A DNA stretch of 64,000 bases from the human T2T-CHM13v2.0 reference genome, Homo sapiens: assembly GCF_009914755.1 (NCBI RefSeq), contig NC_060932.1; one strand, 5' to 3'. A program made the position numbers and the translations under genes. The notes under the pieces are model-generated. The model was given only the letters and a program-made list of their open reading frames with translations. It was not told where the DNA came from and ran no database searches. This document shows, in pieces, positions 28,053 through 43,947 of the stretch (the stretch's first letter is position 1; each line of letters opens with the position of its first letter).

Positions 28053-28211
<159 letters not shown>

Positions 28212-29399
28212 TTAAAAGATGAACATATGTCACATGTAAAATTACAACAATAAAATATCTTGCAAATAGACTTTACATTCAAAATGACACAATTATAACC
28301 ACATTGAAATATATATTATGGTATTCTAATGTCACTTATCAAAATACAGTGTTTTTAACACCCTGGGATTCACAAGCTCGATATTTTCAACATTAATGGA
28401 AAACACTAGTTATGAATAGAAATTTGAGGGCATGATAAATGCTTCTCTGACTTTAAATAGGTGTGTTTAATTAGAGAAAGGTATATGTACCCAATATTGT
28501 GTTAACAAAAATATACAAAGAGAGTGAAACATAGCCTTGGGTTAATGAAGCAATCTAAGAAGTGTTTTCATTTGTGTTTATTAAGTACCCTAGGACTCAC
28601 AATAGTGCAGTTGAGAACCATCAATAGAAAAACTTCTCTTTCTGTACTTATAACTATGAATTAAAGAACTCAGACTAAAAAAAAAAGCAGTTACATTTAA
28701 GTAATTGTAATGAATTCCCACAAAAGTTGAAAGTTGTAGCATTTTCTCAGTTTTCTAACCCATCTTTCTTCTACTTAATAAATGAGCTAGTGACCATACT
28801 GTTTCTGTTTCTTGCTTCTTGATGACCACAAATTTCTGGATGCCACTGCTTTTGATTTGGATATCTTTGCCCCGTTCTATCAAATCCTGCCCATATTATC
28901 ATTTTCTAATCTGTCAAAAATAATCTATTGTATATTTAAATGATGAACAGTTAAATGTATATTTTCATATGCACTTAAATCTGTACATAGTTATCATCAT
29001 CACCACTTTGAAAATCAGTTTATGGACCTCCTAAAAGTTTGCTTGACATGGTCAAAGTCATGCTTCTAGTATACAGTAGTCAGAATTTCAGCCCAGGTCT
29101 TCTGATTCAAGTCTTGTTTTTTACATCACTAAAAGTGTGTCTTTCTTGTATGTTACATGTAGATTTCTTTATTAGTTTCTTCTCTTAATAGCATAAATCT
29201 ATTTCAGACAACTTTCCTGCAACTTGATGGTTATATCTTGTGTTGATTTAATAGTTACAGTACTTTTAATTATCTTGTGAGTGTGTGTGTATAATTTCTG
29301 TATTTTAACCAATAAAATCATATTATTTTGTATAGAAAAAATAATAAATTGTATTTTTCTTCCCTTACCATTATTTGCAATTCAATCTTTTTTCCCCAT

Positions 29400-30560
29400 T
29401 TACTACTTAACTTCTTGTAAATACTCTATGCTCACTACTCCATTTTTCTCTCCCCTTTCACTCTTCAAAATATTTCAGTCTGATTCTCATTCTCATTTCA
29501 GTGTTTAAATTGCTTTTTCAAAGCCAGCAATGAACTCATAATTGCTAAATGTAGTATCTCTTCATTTTTCCACATATTTGATATCTCAGCAGTAATGCAA
29601 AATATTGATAATATTGATTAGCTTTGTTTGAAATTCTCTGCCTTCCCTTACATAGTATTAAGCTCTCCTGATTATTCGCATGTGTTTTAAATAGTTCTGC
29701 TCTACCATATTATTTGTTCTTGTTTTATTTTTCCCATCTGACCCTTAAGTAGCATAATTCTAAATTGACTTAACCTTCTCTTTTCTATTTGTTCAATGGT
29801 TTCTCTGAATAGTTAAACTAATTCATTTCTATGACTGGAAAGGACATTTCTGTGTTGATAGCTCTCAAATCTACATCACCAGCTTTGGCATCTCTCCTGA
29901 TTTCTAGACTAATTTTCTGTCCGCTGGACATTCCATTAGATGCTTTGAGGAAGCACTTTCAATTAAATATTTCTTGAATAGACTATCCAGATCCTCGCCT
30001 TGCATAATATATACTCCTCGAGGTCTATTCTGTTTTCCTCTGTGGAAACATCTCTGTTTTGCTTCATTTCTTCTCTTCCCAGTGTCCAGTGCTTCTTCCT
30101 CATTTTTCTTGTACTGATAATAGCTACTTAACCCCTTTTCTAGACTCCAACTTCTCTATTACATCCTCCTCACTGCTACTATATTTATCTTTCTAAAACA
30201 CAGATTTAATTACATTACCTAACTGCATGAAAGCTTGGTATCTATTTCCGATGGAATAAAGTACAAATTCCTAATAGGGAGTATAAAATTATTCCTGTGA
30301 GGACCTAAATTTATTTTCTAGTACAATGACCTGCCATTTTACATAGTCATACACTTTACTTGTGCCAGAACAGACATCTTGCTCTTCTTTGATTTACCAT
30401 ACTCTTTATAATTTTCTATATTTTTCATGCTGTTTTCTAGGTCTAGAATATTATTCCTTCTTACATTTACTTGCAGATATTCTATTTACTTAAACAAAGC
30501 CAAGGTGATGTGCCACTTCTTTCCATAAGAAGGGTTTCTAATTCTTCCACTAAGGATTCT
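29400..30560 (+). mobile_element. L2 remnant including the RT region
   Basis: cagtctgatt, aatgaactcataattgctaaat, gatatctcagcag, gatagctctcaaatctacatc, atctttctaaaacacagattt. Confidence 0.7.
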
Positions 30561-31639
30561 GTAATGGATTATACATTTCATAGCACATTATTTGAACAGC
30601 ACATTTATACAAGTGTTTAGGTGCTAGTGGCCTGATAAGGAATGTAGCGTGAAAGAGTCTAAGAACTTTATAGAAATGAGAAATTTATAGCAATCACAAA
30701 GCAATTGGTTTGTAGTGGCTATAGCTTTCTGATTGAATATACTCCTTCTCTGAGTGGTACTTAATACTTCGTAATTCTCTGGCATCCTTTGTTTTCTAAA
30801 CTATATACACACTTAGAATCTTTTGAAGTCAAGGCCTTGTTTATCATCTTTGTTAACTCATAGTACAATGGCTTTCATGATGTAGGTACGTTTGCTAAAG
30901 AAACAAATATCCAAGTTCTTTCGCACAGCTCTTAAATTAACTATAAAATAGTGCTCTCTTCATGCTGATGAAGAATCTTCATAAATATGTTTCACAGTGA
31001 AAAACTGTCTTCTATGAAAATGATTTTCTTTTTCTATAAGAATAAGGCAAAAACATTTATAAAACGGCAAGTAACAATCACCTGTAAATATTTTGGTCTG
31101 TTTATCTGCTTCCATCCAAACCTGACAGTAACCACTTAACAAGTTGTATATCTACAGACATTTTTGTTTTGTGGCACTATGAGTTTTTGCATATTTCTTG
31201 TTTTCTTAATGTATTTGTGTGTTTTAACAAACATAGCTAATTCTATAATATTAGTCTGAAGATTTTTTTGCATATATCATGACGACTGTTCTAGGTCAGT
31301 ACATATAGGTTTTTTTCTTTTGCAGATTTAGCAGTATGAACAGAAGCTGATAGAACTACTGGACGTTTTTGACAGGCTTCCACTATGAGAATAGCACAGG
31401 ATAATTAGGAGGTTTCCTTAATCCTGCAGTGGGAAATAAGAAGACATGTAGAACAGACCTGCTATTTGAACAGAGTTGCAGCAGTTCACACATAGCAACA
31501 CAAATACAGTGAAGATCTTGGTACATTTATGTATTATGTTTTATAGTTGAAAAAATAAAAACAAATTCATTATTATGGAAAGCCAAACTGCAAAATCTCA
31601 GTGGCTTACAACAATGAGTAATTTTCTCTTCAATTCCAT

Positions 31640-32640
31640 TGTATTTGTGCTTTATACTTGTGTTATTATTGTAGGATTAATTCTTAGAAGAAATATTAAT
31701 TAGTTACAATATGTGAGCATTTAAAACTTTGATAAATATACCTAAATTACTCTCCAAAAGTTTGTTCAGTATACTCCCAAAAATAATATTAAAAAGAGAA
31801 CAGTTCCCCAGGCTGTCGCCAAAATAATAGTATCAATCATTATGCTTTTGTCATTCTGTCAGGAATGTCACTGTTTTAATTTCCAATTCTTTCTCTACAT
31901 TTTTAGTATGCTTTAACAGAAGTCTTTATTGTTGTCTCTATTTTTTGCTCTGACTTTTCTCTTTGTACACTTTTCCTCATTTCAATTTTTTCTTGCTGAT
32001 CTATAGAAACTTCCTGTGTGTTACTAATATTAACCCTTTTATATGTGCTACAAATACTTTCTTACAGACTTTTGTTGTTTTCGATTTTGCTTTGAATTAA
32101 CTTTTCTCTGTAAACATAAAAATATGTGTAAATCTGTCAGTGTCTTCTTTTAGATCTTGTATTTTATATCTCACTCAAGAAAGATTTTCTTCAAATCTAA
32201 GATTGAAATACAACCTTTATTTCTCATTCTTTAATAGTTTTATTATATTATAATTAAACTTCTTCTACAAATTGGTTTCATATGGGGCAAGGTAAAGGAG
32301 CATTTATAGTAAATTCTATATTATTCGTCATGAACTGAAAATACCATTTATATTATATTTATATAGACCGTACATAAATGTATAAGAAACCCATATATGT
32401 ATCTGAGCCTTTTTCTTAATATTGACCTACTGATCTATGATTATTCTTTTGCCAGTACCATACTGTTTTAATCATTTTTTACATAGATGACCCACATCTC
32501 TCCATTCTTATTCAATTTCATAATTTCTTTATTATCCATTATTATTTATATTTCCACAAACTTTAGTTGTGTCCATTTGTCAAAGTAAAGGAGATTGGTG
32601 TCTGTATTCAATTTTATTGAGTTCAAACATTATTTTGATA
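31640..32640 (-). mobile_element. Old L1M (L1ME-like) ORF2 3' remnant
   Basis: aaattactctccaaaag, actaatattaaccc, gccagtaccatactgttttaat. Confidence 0.65.
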
Positions 32641-32779
32641 CAAATTTGCCTCTTCAATGGAGCCTTTAGTAACACAAAGGAAATAAATAAACGTGATTAC
32701 AGTAAAGTAGTACATTTGAGAAATTCAGCTGAAATTTCCTAGTATATAAGAATTCCATGCCTACAGTCTCAGAAAAATA

Positions 32780-33720
<941 letters not shown>

Positions 33721-34610
33721 ATTTGAGCAGTTTATAATGAACTAATAGGTTAGCTAATATTTATGCGTTTCCTATATTTATGATTATCTTAACTTTTAGT
33801 GCTTTAGACAGAGTTGATATTTTATAAAATATTTTGCTTATTTCATTCACATGCCACCTGTGTTTTTATAAAGGAAGATTAAAAGGGCTACCCTATACAT
33901 TTTACAGTCCTGTTTGTGGAATAAAATGAACCAATACCTGCAGAGACCTTGCAAAATACTGCTAACATCGATAGAAGTACAGAAGCAGAAGCCAAAAGAT
34001 TTATTCCTAGCTTGTCTACCAATGTATTCCTATTTTTTCCTCAGGTAAAACACATACAGTTAACCATGCTTTGGAAAATGCCTAGGAATAATGTTAAGTA
34101 CAGTGAAATATGTTTAGCTTTAACTGTAACCTTCAGGCATTTAGATTTGTGCCAGATACAATGTTTCAACTACACAAGTAAGACAGGCTGACATTTTATT
34201 TTTTGGCTGAGTAAGGACATGATTCACAGGTTAAGGATTCTTTTTTGCACAGAATATATCAACTGAGATCTGTCTATTGTTGTCTCTCGGTCCACTGTGC
34301 CCTGAAGTACCTTTTTCACTCTCTCCTGGAATTTTCCTTCTTGAATTTTTCCATCATGATTTTTAAAATAAATTGAAGGACTTTTGTAATCTTACTCCAA
34401 CAGATTCTTAGAATTTGTAAATTCTGTAAAGCTCTTTCCACTAACTTACTTGTAATTCCTTAAACACAGTGAAAATGTTCACACTTTAAGACCCTAGCAC
34501 TTTCTATTTTTCTCACCTGGCATAAGTTTCTACTCAAACAGTATTCCATACAAGGCCTATTCTGCTTAATATCTCTAAACTTTAGTTTCTTAAGTATTAC
34601 CTTTACATAC

Positions 34611-34612
<2 letters not shown>

Positions 34613-34654
<42 letters not shown>
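34613..34654. repeat. Perfect (CA)21 microsatellite
   Basis: Direct reading. Confidence 0.95.
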
Positions 34655-34657
<3 letters not shown>

Positions 34658-34800
34658 CATTGTTTATTGTCTGTTTTCCTCATTAGAATGTCACATTGAT
34701 GAAAGCAAGAACTTGGTTTTGTTTATCATGGAATCTCCAGCACATAAAATTGTGCCTGCCACATGGAAGACACTCAATGAATGAATGAGTGAGCAAATGA
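34658..34800 (+). mobile_element. L2 3' end
   Basis: tttattgtctgttttcctcattagaatgt...gtgcctgccacat..cactcaatgaatgaatga. Confidence 0.8.
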
Positions 34801-36269
34801 TTAAAATACTTAGAGTCACAACAAAGATTTGGTTTTGTTTATCATTTATGTCTTCCAATTTTTTTCCCCTTTGGGCTTTGGTAGCAATTCAAGCTTCTAC
34901 CTTTTGGTGAATGTAGAATGTGGTAATTAATCCACAAAGGATTCATTAACATTGTGTGAACAAGCACGTCCTACTGCCTGCTGTTCTAAGGCTATGTATT
35001 AGGGTTGTTGAAAGATTTCTGGTAAGGAACATTTTGTTGATGGTATGAGGAGTATGATAGCATATGTCATTAAAGGAGTTATTAGTATGAAGTTTGTGGT
35101 TCATTTTTCATCTTTAGGATGAAGTTTGTAGTTCTTGTATCTTCAAATCTTCAACTATCCCTGCATCTTCATATTTCCACTTGAGCAAATTCAAATCACC
35201 TAGATCTCAGCTTTTTTTAACTTGTAAACTTAGATAGTTGTGCTATGTCACCCATAAGCTCTGATAAGCCTAATATGATAATATGATTACATCATGCAGC
35301 TATCTATGTGCTCTGAATGGCTTTCCCAAGAGATGCAATGAAGTTGATAGAGCCTGAAAGTTATATTCTTGCCCATTGAGGCCTTTACTATATCAGAGTA
35401 ATGTTATTATTATTATTTAAACTGTTTGCTGACATATGTGACATGGAAAATAATGAATCCGCTAGAAGAATCAAGTTTGATTCAAATGTATTTGCGGCAT
35501 TTCCCTTTCTGTGGTTGTTCACCTGAGAGTTAGTTAAGTGTTGTAGTCTTGCCCCTAGTAGAAGTAATTACATTTCTATCTATCTTTACAGTGGCTTCTT
35601 TGTTTATTAGCCAGGCATAAGGATGAATAATCATAGTGTCAGAGACTAACTTGATATTCTCTGAAAGTAACTTGGTATTGACAACAGCATAAACTATAAT
35701 TCTTCTGCTGCACATGATGTGATAGACAAAACAGGCCATATTATTTTTTACTTAATAGTTTCTATCGCTTCTAGAAATTCTAACTTGTACTTGGGAAAAT
35801 TAGATATTCTAATAAGATGTAACTATGTAACAATGAGTGAGTATGTACAGCTCAAATCTTGTGAAGTGCAAGTCAGGATAGCCCAGACGAAGAGAGATGT
35901 ACCAACAAAGGACTTACTTATTTAAATGTTTCTCATTGGGCTGTGTTAGGCAAGACAATAAATATTCTTAGGGGCAAATATGAAATCACTGGAAATGGAT
36001 AAATGTTGGTACCTAAAGATGGACAACTTTCAGCAGACAATGAGATTCGGATGTTGAGAGAAATGGTGTGACTATATCTCAGCAAGAAAAGGGAACTATC
36101 CCTGACTTCACAGAAGTAGGCCAAGGCAAGTGCTACCCACATGTTTCAGGTACCTTTCTAATCTTTCTTTGCTCAACCATCATCATTGGTATTTGAATTT
36201 TATTCTTACCATCCATTCTTTGAAACAAGGCTGATAGTTTGAGTTTCTGTCATGGCATATCATTCCCCT

Positions 36270-37945
36270 CAAATAGCCAAAACAATCTTGAGAAAGAACA
36301 GAGTTGGGGGCATCACACTCCCTGATTTCAAACTTCGTTCATGCGTTGCTTAATGATGGAGGTACATTCTGAGAAACGTGTTGTGAGGCAATTTTGTCAT
36401 TATTAAACATCATAGAGTGTGCTTACTACACAAATCTAGATTGTGTAGCCTACTACAAATCTAGATTGTGTAGCCTACTACACTATGGTATAGCCTATTG
36501 CTTCTAATCTATATACCTTTTCAGCATGTTACTCTACTGGATACACTGTATACAATAAAATGCAGACAATTAGAACACAATGATACTTGTGTATCTAAAC
36601 ATATCTAAACAAAGAAAAGGTAAAAATATCATACAAAAAAATTAAAAATGGTACACCTGTATAGGGGCACTTACCATGAATAGAGTTTGCAGGATTGGAA
36701 GTTGCTCAAGGTAAGTCAGAGAGTGAGGAGTGAATGTGAAGGCCCAAGGTGTTACCATACACTAATGCAGACTTCATAGATATAACTATAAATTGTTTTT
36801 TAAAAATTGTTACTTAAATAGTGAATTAACCTTAGCTTACTGTAACTTTTTTACTTTATAAACTCCACAATTTTTTAAACTTTTGACACTTATAACAACA
36901 CTTAGCTTAAAATGCAAACACATTGCACAGCCATACATCATTATTTTATTTCTTCATATGCTTATTCTATATGCTTTTTTCTATTTTTACTTTTATTTTT
37001 TACTCTTTATAATTTATTTAAAACTAAGACACAAACACACACATTAGCCTAGGTCTACACAGGGTCAGGATCATCAGTAGCACTGTCTTTTTTCTCCACA
37101 TCTTGTCCCACGGACAGATCCTCAGGGGTAATAATACACATGGAGCTGTCATTTTCTAGATGACAGTGCCTTCTCCTAGAATACCTCTTGAAAGACCTGT
37201 CTAAGGCTGTTTTACTGCTAAAAGAGTACACTTTCTTTTTAAGCAGAAAGAGTACACTCCAAAATGATGATAAAAAGTATGGTGTAGTAAATACTTAAAC
37301 CACTAACATAGTTGTTTATTATCATAATAAAATATTGTGTAGTGTACATAATTGTATGTGCCATACTTTTATATGAGTGGTGCAGCAGTTGGTTTGTTTA
37401 CACCAGTATCACCAAAAACACATGAGTAACATGTTGTATTAAGATGTGACAATGGCTACAATGTCACTAGGTGATATAAATTTTTCGGCTTCATTATAAT
37501 TTTATGGGACCAAGATTGTATATGTTACACATGACTGTATATGCAAAGCTACAGTAATCATAACAGTATGGTACTGGCATAAAAACAGACAGATAGATAA
37601 TGAAACAGAACAGAAAGTCCAGCAGTAAACCCATAAATATATAGTCAACTAACCTGTGACAGGGTCACCAAAAATACAAAATGGGGGAAAGAATAGTCTC
37701 TTCAACAAGTGGTGTTGAGAAAATTGAATATCCACTTGCAAAATAATGAAATTGGGCCCTTGTCTTATACCTTATACAAAAATTAGCTTGAAATGGATTA
37801 AAGACTTAAATGTAGGATATGAATCCATACAGGTCCTAGAAGAAAACAGGAAAAAAATCTCCTTGACATTCATCTTGGCAATGATTTTTTTGAATATGAC
37901 AACAAAAGCATAGGCAACAAAAGGAAAAATAAACAAGTGAGTCTA
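36270..37945 (+). mobile_element. L1M (L1MA/MB) ORF2 fragment split by Tigger3b
   Basis: atagccaaaacaatcttgag...cctgatttcaaact resumes after the Tigger as caaagctacagtaatca..cagtatggtactggcataaaaacagac. Confidence 0.85.
36336..37537 (-). mobile_element. Tigger3b-like TcMar DNA transposon (~1.2 kb)
   Basis: Termini cgttcatgcgttgcttaatga and catgactg followed by TA; internal ggtacacctgtatagggg, cacacacattagcctagg. Confidence 0.9.
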
Positions 37946-38392
37946 TTATCATGATATTGATAGGAGGAGAGAGTGGGGATTTTGGTGGATTCATTTTAAT
38001 TATTTATTTTCTCTCATGGAGGAAAAAATCTGGCTCCTGGGACTGAGTGAACACCAGAAGAGGAAAATGACAGAGCAGTGACAGTGTGCTTAGCTATTAA
38101 ATTTTAAAATGTGAATTTATTTTGTATTCCAACCTACTGGCATAAGCACATTATCTGTGTTTATAAGAAAAATTCTGTTGGTTGAATGAGAGGATTAGAC
38201 ATATTATAATTGTATAAACTTCAATAAGCATCTAGCACTGAAAACTCTATATCTATGTCATAAACTGAGAGTAAGCAGTTATATCACAGGAATCTATGAC
38301 CCCAAAATAAAATTAATGTTTTTATTATTTATTGATCAAATATTATTTCTGGGTATGAAAACAAATACAATCTCATAGTTAAAACTTTGTTT

Positions 38393-38970
38393 GCAGTGTG
38401 GTGTTTCCTCAAGGATCTAGAATGAAATACCATTTGACCCAGCCATCCCATTACTGGGTATATACCCAAAGGATTATAAATCATCCTACTATAAAGACAC
38501 TTGCACAGGTGTGTTTACTGCAGCACTATTTGCAATAGCAAAGACTTGGAACCAACCCAAATGCCCATCAATGATAGACTGGATAAAGAAAATGTTGCAA
38601 ATATATACCATGGAATACTATGCAGCCATAAAAAGGAATGAATTCTTGTCCTTTGCAGGGACATGGATGAAGCTGGAAGCCATAATTCTCAGCAAACTAA
38701 CACAGAAACAGAAAATCAAACACCACATGTTCTCACTCATAAGTGGAAGTTGAACAATGAGAACACATGGACACAGGGAAGGGAACATTGCACACCCGGG
38801 CCTGTTGGGGTGGGGGACAAGGGGAGGGAGAGCATTAGGACAAATACATAATGTATGCAGGGCTTAAAATCTGGATGACAGGTTGATAGGTGCAGCAAAC
38901 CACCATGGCACATGTATAACTATGTAACAAACCTGCACGTTCTGCATATGTATCCCAGAACTTAAAAATT
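38393..38970 (+). mobile_element. 5'-truncated L1PA8-like element
   Basis: ORF2 C-terminus (MFTAALFAIAKTWNQPKCPS...) and 3' UTR gcattaggacaaatac..gggcttaaaa; flanking repeat ttaaaactttgttt / ttaaaaatttgttt. Confidence 0.9.
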
Positions 38971-39019
38971 TTAAAAATTTGTTTAGAAAAATATTAAATC
39001 AATTATTTGCCTTTTCAAT

Positions 39020-39538
<519 letters not shown>

Positions 39539-42500
39539 AAAAAATTTCACCAAACAAAATGACTATTAGATAATATGTTTTTAATTCATTTGTGAAGGCT
39601 GAGTGCTGGATAGTTTTTATTCTGAAAAATCACGAATCACACAAATATTAAATTAATCCATATTCTGTTTGAAACACTATGCTGGGTGGAGGTGGAAAGA
39701 TTAATAAGACAATCAAAGTCGTTGCCCTAGAGAGATTATATTCTAGAAAAAAAAAGAAATACTAAACTAGCAGATAAATCTGGTTTTACAAGATGCAATG
39801 GGAGTAAGTAATAGATTACAAAAGGCTATTCTTAGGAACTGATGGAGAAAAGGAATTGTTTTACTTACATATTTTATTTCCATCTCCCCCCACCACTCCC
39901 CAGTAATTTCGGAGTTTTTCTCCTGCAGCTCATGTAGAAATGAAGAACAAACTCATTTTAGCCAAATCAAGGTACAAGGTGTCCATTTCCATGGTAACAT
40001 TTGATAGGATCTCATCTTTTAAAATGAATACGTGATTATTACCATTAAACATGGTTGAGTTGAAATGCTTTAGGGATGTGCTAAGGAAAAGCATCCCCAA
40101 GTTGGCAGATGTATACTCTTTGAATGTAAAACAATGTGCTGATGAAATACTGACTGTGAGAAAATGAAATGGCTCAGGATAGTAAATAATTTTTCAGAAA
40201 TTATAGAAGATACAAAGCCTATATTAACTTGAACAGAAAATAAGTATTTCCAAAGTTTTAAAAAATGTTTTCCAAATACTTCTAATAAATTAGTAACCTA
40301 GGAAGAAAGAAAATACCCAACAATTGAAAAGCATTTGAGGCTTAATCTTCAATGAAGATCATAAAAGATATGCTGTAAAAAACGGTTAAAACTTGGAAGA
40401 AATATATTATAAAAAAGGGAAATGGAAAAATAGGAAAAGTGAGAAGACCAGCACTGGAAGTTAGAGCGCTGTTGTTTTCATGGACGTGCATAGCAATTGT
40501 AGAGAAAAAGTGAATTTAAAAAGAAAGGAAAGAAAGTGCAAACAACCTCATAACAGATTATTTCACACACACAGAAAAAAAACTCCATTAAATAAGAGAC
40601 AGAGTTTTGTGTTGAGTGTCAAGATTTTAGTCTTTCTACACAATATTTGGTGTATACTTTCAATGATTATGTTCAAACATACCTTCTCTTCCTTTTTGGG
40701 AGGAAAACTCTTAATAGTGTATGGGAAGGAAAGTTATACCCAAAGTTATGTTTACTACATTATGGTGAAATGAAATCCTACACTGTAGTTTCCTCCATAA
40801 CAATTTAACCACAAAAATAAGGATTTAAGTAACGTATATAAATGTGCAACATTTTTCATGTGTCAGAATTCATTTTATTCTTATTTTCCTTTAATTTTAA
40901 AATATAGTGTATGATATAATCCACTGGAAAAATACTGAATTATTGATCTATCAAAGACCTGTTATTAAACTATAGATAATAGGAGTAGGCACTGTTCTCT
41001 GAATCAATTAGAATTCTCAGATTCTTGACAGTTGGTCATGAAATATACAAACACAAGTATCTGAAGGTGAATGATAAAACCTATTTAAATCAGCATCTGG
41101 AACTATCAATAAGTAGTTCAGTTCAATAACATTTAACTGAACATCCCAGTCTCTACATCTTCATGAGAAACTAATAAACTGTCAAAAGTGCAGTTACAAT
41201 TAGGACTAATCTTCAAATACATCTGAGTGTCATCTGCATAAGAATGGGAGTCTAATCCATGTCTGCACTAAAAGAAAGCATATAAATGTAGACTAATAAT
41301 GAAATGCACCCGAAGTAGGGAACTCGAAAACAGAAAAAAGATGCTGTCGAAAGGAAAAGAATTAAAATCAGCAAGAAGCAGACTGCACAGAATCAGATAA
41401 ATTTGATAAAAATGCAGCAAATGCAATTCCTATGAAAGACGAGAAATATAATGTACAGATTTTTCAAGGTAAAAAAAAGTAAGCAAATTCATTTTTTTCT
41501 AGTTCTTTGTTGTTTAAAATTTATCTTAGCCACGAAAGTCATGTTTATCTACAGCGCTGCCTCCCTTTGCTCCTTGTTTCTCTGAATCATCCCATTAGTA
41601 TTAAGGATGAAAAGATACATGGTATTAAGTCACCAATAAAAATAAGTCATGTGAATTACTTATTTATTATGCTTTTCATAAAAATAAAAACAAATCCAAC
41701 CTAGCCTATTTTTCCCAGTAAGAAAATAAGACATATTAAGAGGTGAGATAGAATGATATAAATTATTATGCACAATTTATATAGAAAGCCTAGCATTCTC
41801 AAGGTCATCCAGGAGGGAAGGAGTGTGGAAGAGAGATGAGAAGTAAGAACAGAAAGAATTAAGAAGATGATCTGACTAAGAAGATGATGTGTAGTGAAGA
41901 AGCCAGACAAAAACCTCAGACAACAAATTCTACAAAAGATTCAGTTTCAAGTTATTTACCACCTTTGATGTGGACTGCCCTCATCCTTTCCCAAATTATC
42001 CAGGAAATTAACTGAGCCAGTTCTGATCTGCAAATTTACAAACTGTTTTTTTGTTTGTTTAGATGAAGTTGGAACAATGTCTACTTGAATTTATGTTGAA
42101 TGGACATAATCCAAAAAAATCATAAAGCAGGAATTTGCAGCTAGAACTAACCATTAAACATTAAGTCTCCACCTAATGGCACAAGAAATTAACTGAAATT
42201 TTGGAAGATTTTAGACCTCCCCAAAATTTAAAATTGGATGTTAGATTAACTGATCTACACCTGAAAAGGCAGGAAACCCTGGTTAATAATTTGTAATTTC
42301 ATAATGCACTTCCAAAAGTTACTTCCATAGCTTTTCACATGTTATTTCCTTCATCAGAAATATTGTCTTTTATTTCTTAATCTTTTAGCTAAAATCCATT
42401 CTTCCAAATCCTTACTTCTATTAGTGCACATATATTATATTTTAATTATCTGCTTACCTCTGAGCTCCTTTATGTCAGCAACTACATTTTGCATCTTCTA

Positions 42501-42557
42501 ATGACAAGAAGTCAGCTTAAGGTATAATATCTACCAAATGCTCAACAAATGTTTTTA

Positions 42558-42764
<207 letters not shown>

Positions 42765-43947
42765 TTAATCTTTTCATAAAACCAGCTCCTGGATTCACTG
42801 ATTTTTTTTGAAGGGTTTTTCATATCTCTATCTCCTTCAGTTCTGCTGTGATCTTAGTTATTTCTTGTCGTCTGCTAGTTTGAATTTGTTTGCTCTTGCT
42901 TCTCTAGTTCTTTTAATTGTGATGTTAGGGTGTCGATTTTAGATCTTTCCTGCTTTGTCCTGTGGGCATTTAGTGCTATAAATTTCCCTTTAAACATTGC
43001 TTTAGCTGTGTCTCAGAGATTCTGGTATGTTGTGTCTTTGTTTTCATTGGTTTCAAAGAACTTATTTATTTCTGCCTTAATTTTGTTATTTACCCAGTAG
43101 TCATTTAGGAGCAGGTTGTTCAGTTTCCATGTAGTTGTGCAGTTTTGAGTGAGTTTCTTAATCCCGACTTCTAATTTGATTGCACTGTGGTATGAGAGAC
43201 TGTTTGTTATGATTTCCGTTCTTTTACATTTGATGAGGAGTGTTTTACTTCCAATTATGTGGTCAATTTTAAAATAAGTGTGATGTGCTGAGAAGAATGT
43301 ATTTTCTGTTTATTTGGGGTGGAGAATTCTGTAGATGTCTATTAGGTCCGCTTGGTTCAGAGCTGAGTTCAAGTCCTGAGTATCCTTGTTAATTTTCTGT
43401 CTCATTAATCTAATATTGGCAGTGGAGTGTTAAAGTCTTCCACTATTATTGTGTGGGCGTCTAAGTTTTTGTAGGGTCTCTAAGAACTTGTTTTATGAAT
43501 CTGAGTTCTCCTGTATTGGGTGCATATATATTTAGGATAGTCAGCTCTTCCTGTTACATTGATCCCTTTACCATTATGTAATGTCCTTCTTTGTCTTTTT
43601 TGATCTTTGTTGGTTTAAAGTCTGTTTTATCAGAGGCTAGGATTGCAACCCCTGCTTTTTTATTTATTTATTCATTTTTGCTTTTTATTTGCTTGGTAAA
43701 TATTCCTCCATCCCTTTATGTTGAGCCTATGTATATCTTTGCACTTGAGATGAGTCTCCTGAATACAGCACACCAATGGGTCTTGACTCTTTATCCAATC
43801 TGCCAGTCTGTGTCTTTTAATTGGGGCACTCAGCCAGTTTACATTTAAGGTTAATATTGTTATGTGTTAATTTGAACCTGCCATTATGATGCTAGCTGGT
43901 TATTTTGTTCATTAGTTGATGCAGTTTCTTCATAGTGTCGATGGACT

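Noticed and set aside
31326-31520. Strong-looking plus-strand acceptor (long pyrimidine run then gcag at 31325)
   Set aside because: All three frames stop early and there is no convincing donor; a non-coding exon cannot be supported from sequence alone
38511-38753. 80-aa ORF as a gene
   Set aside because: C-terminal tail of L1 ORF2p in a truncated copy
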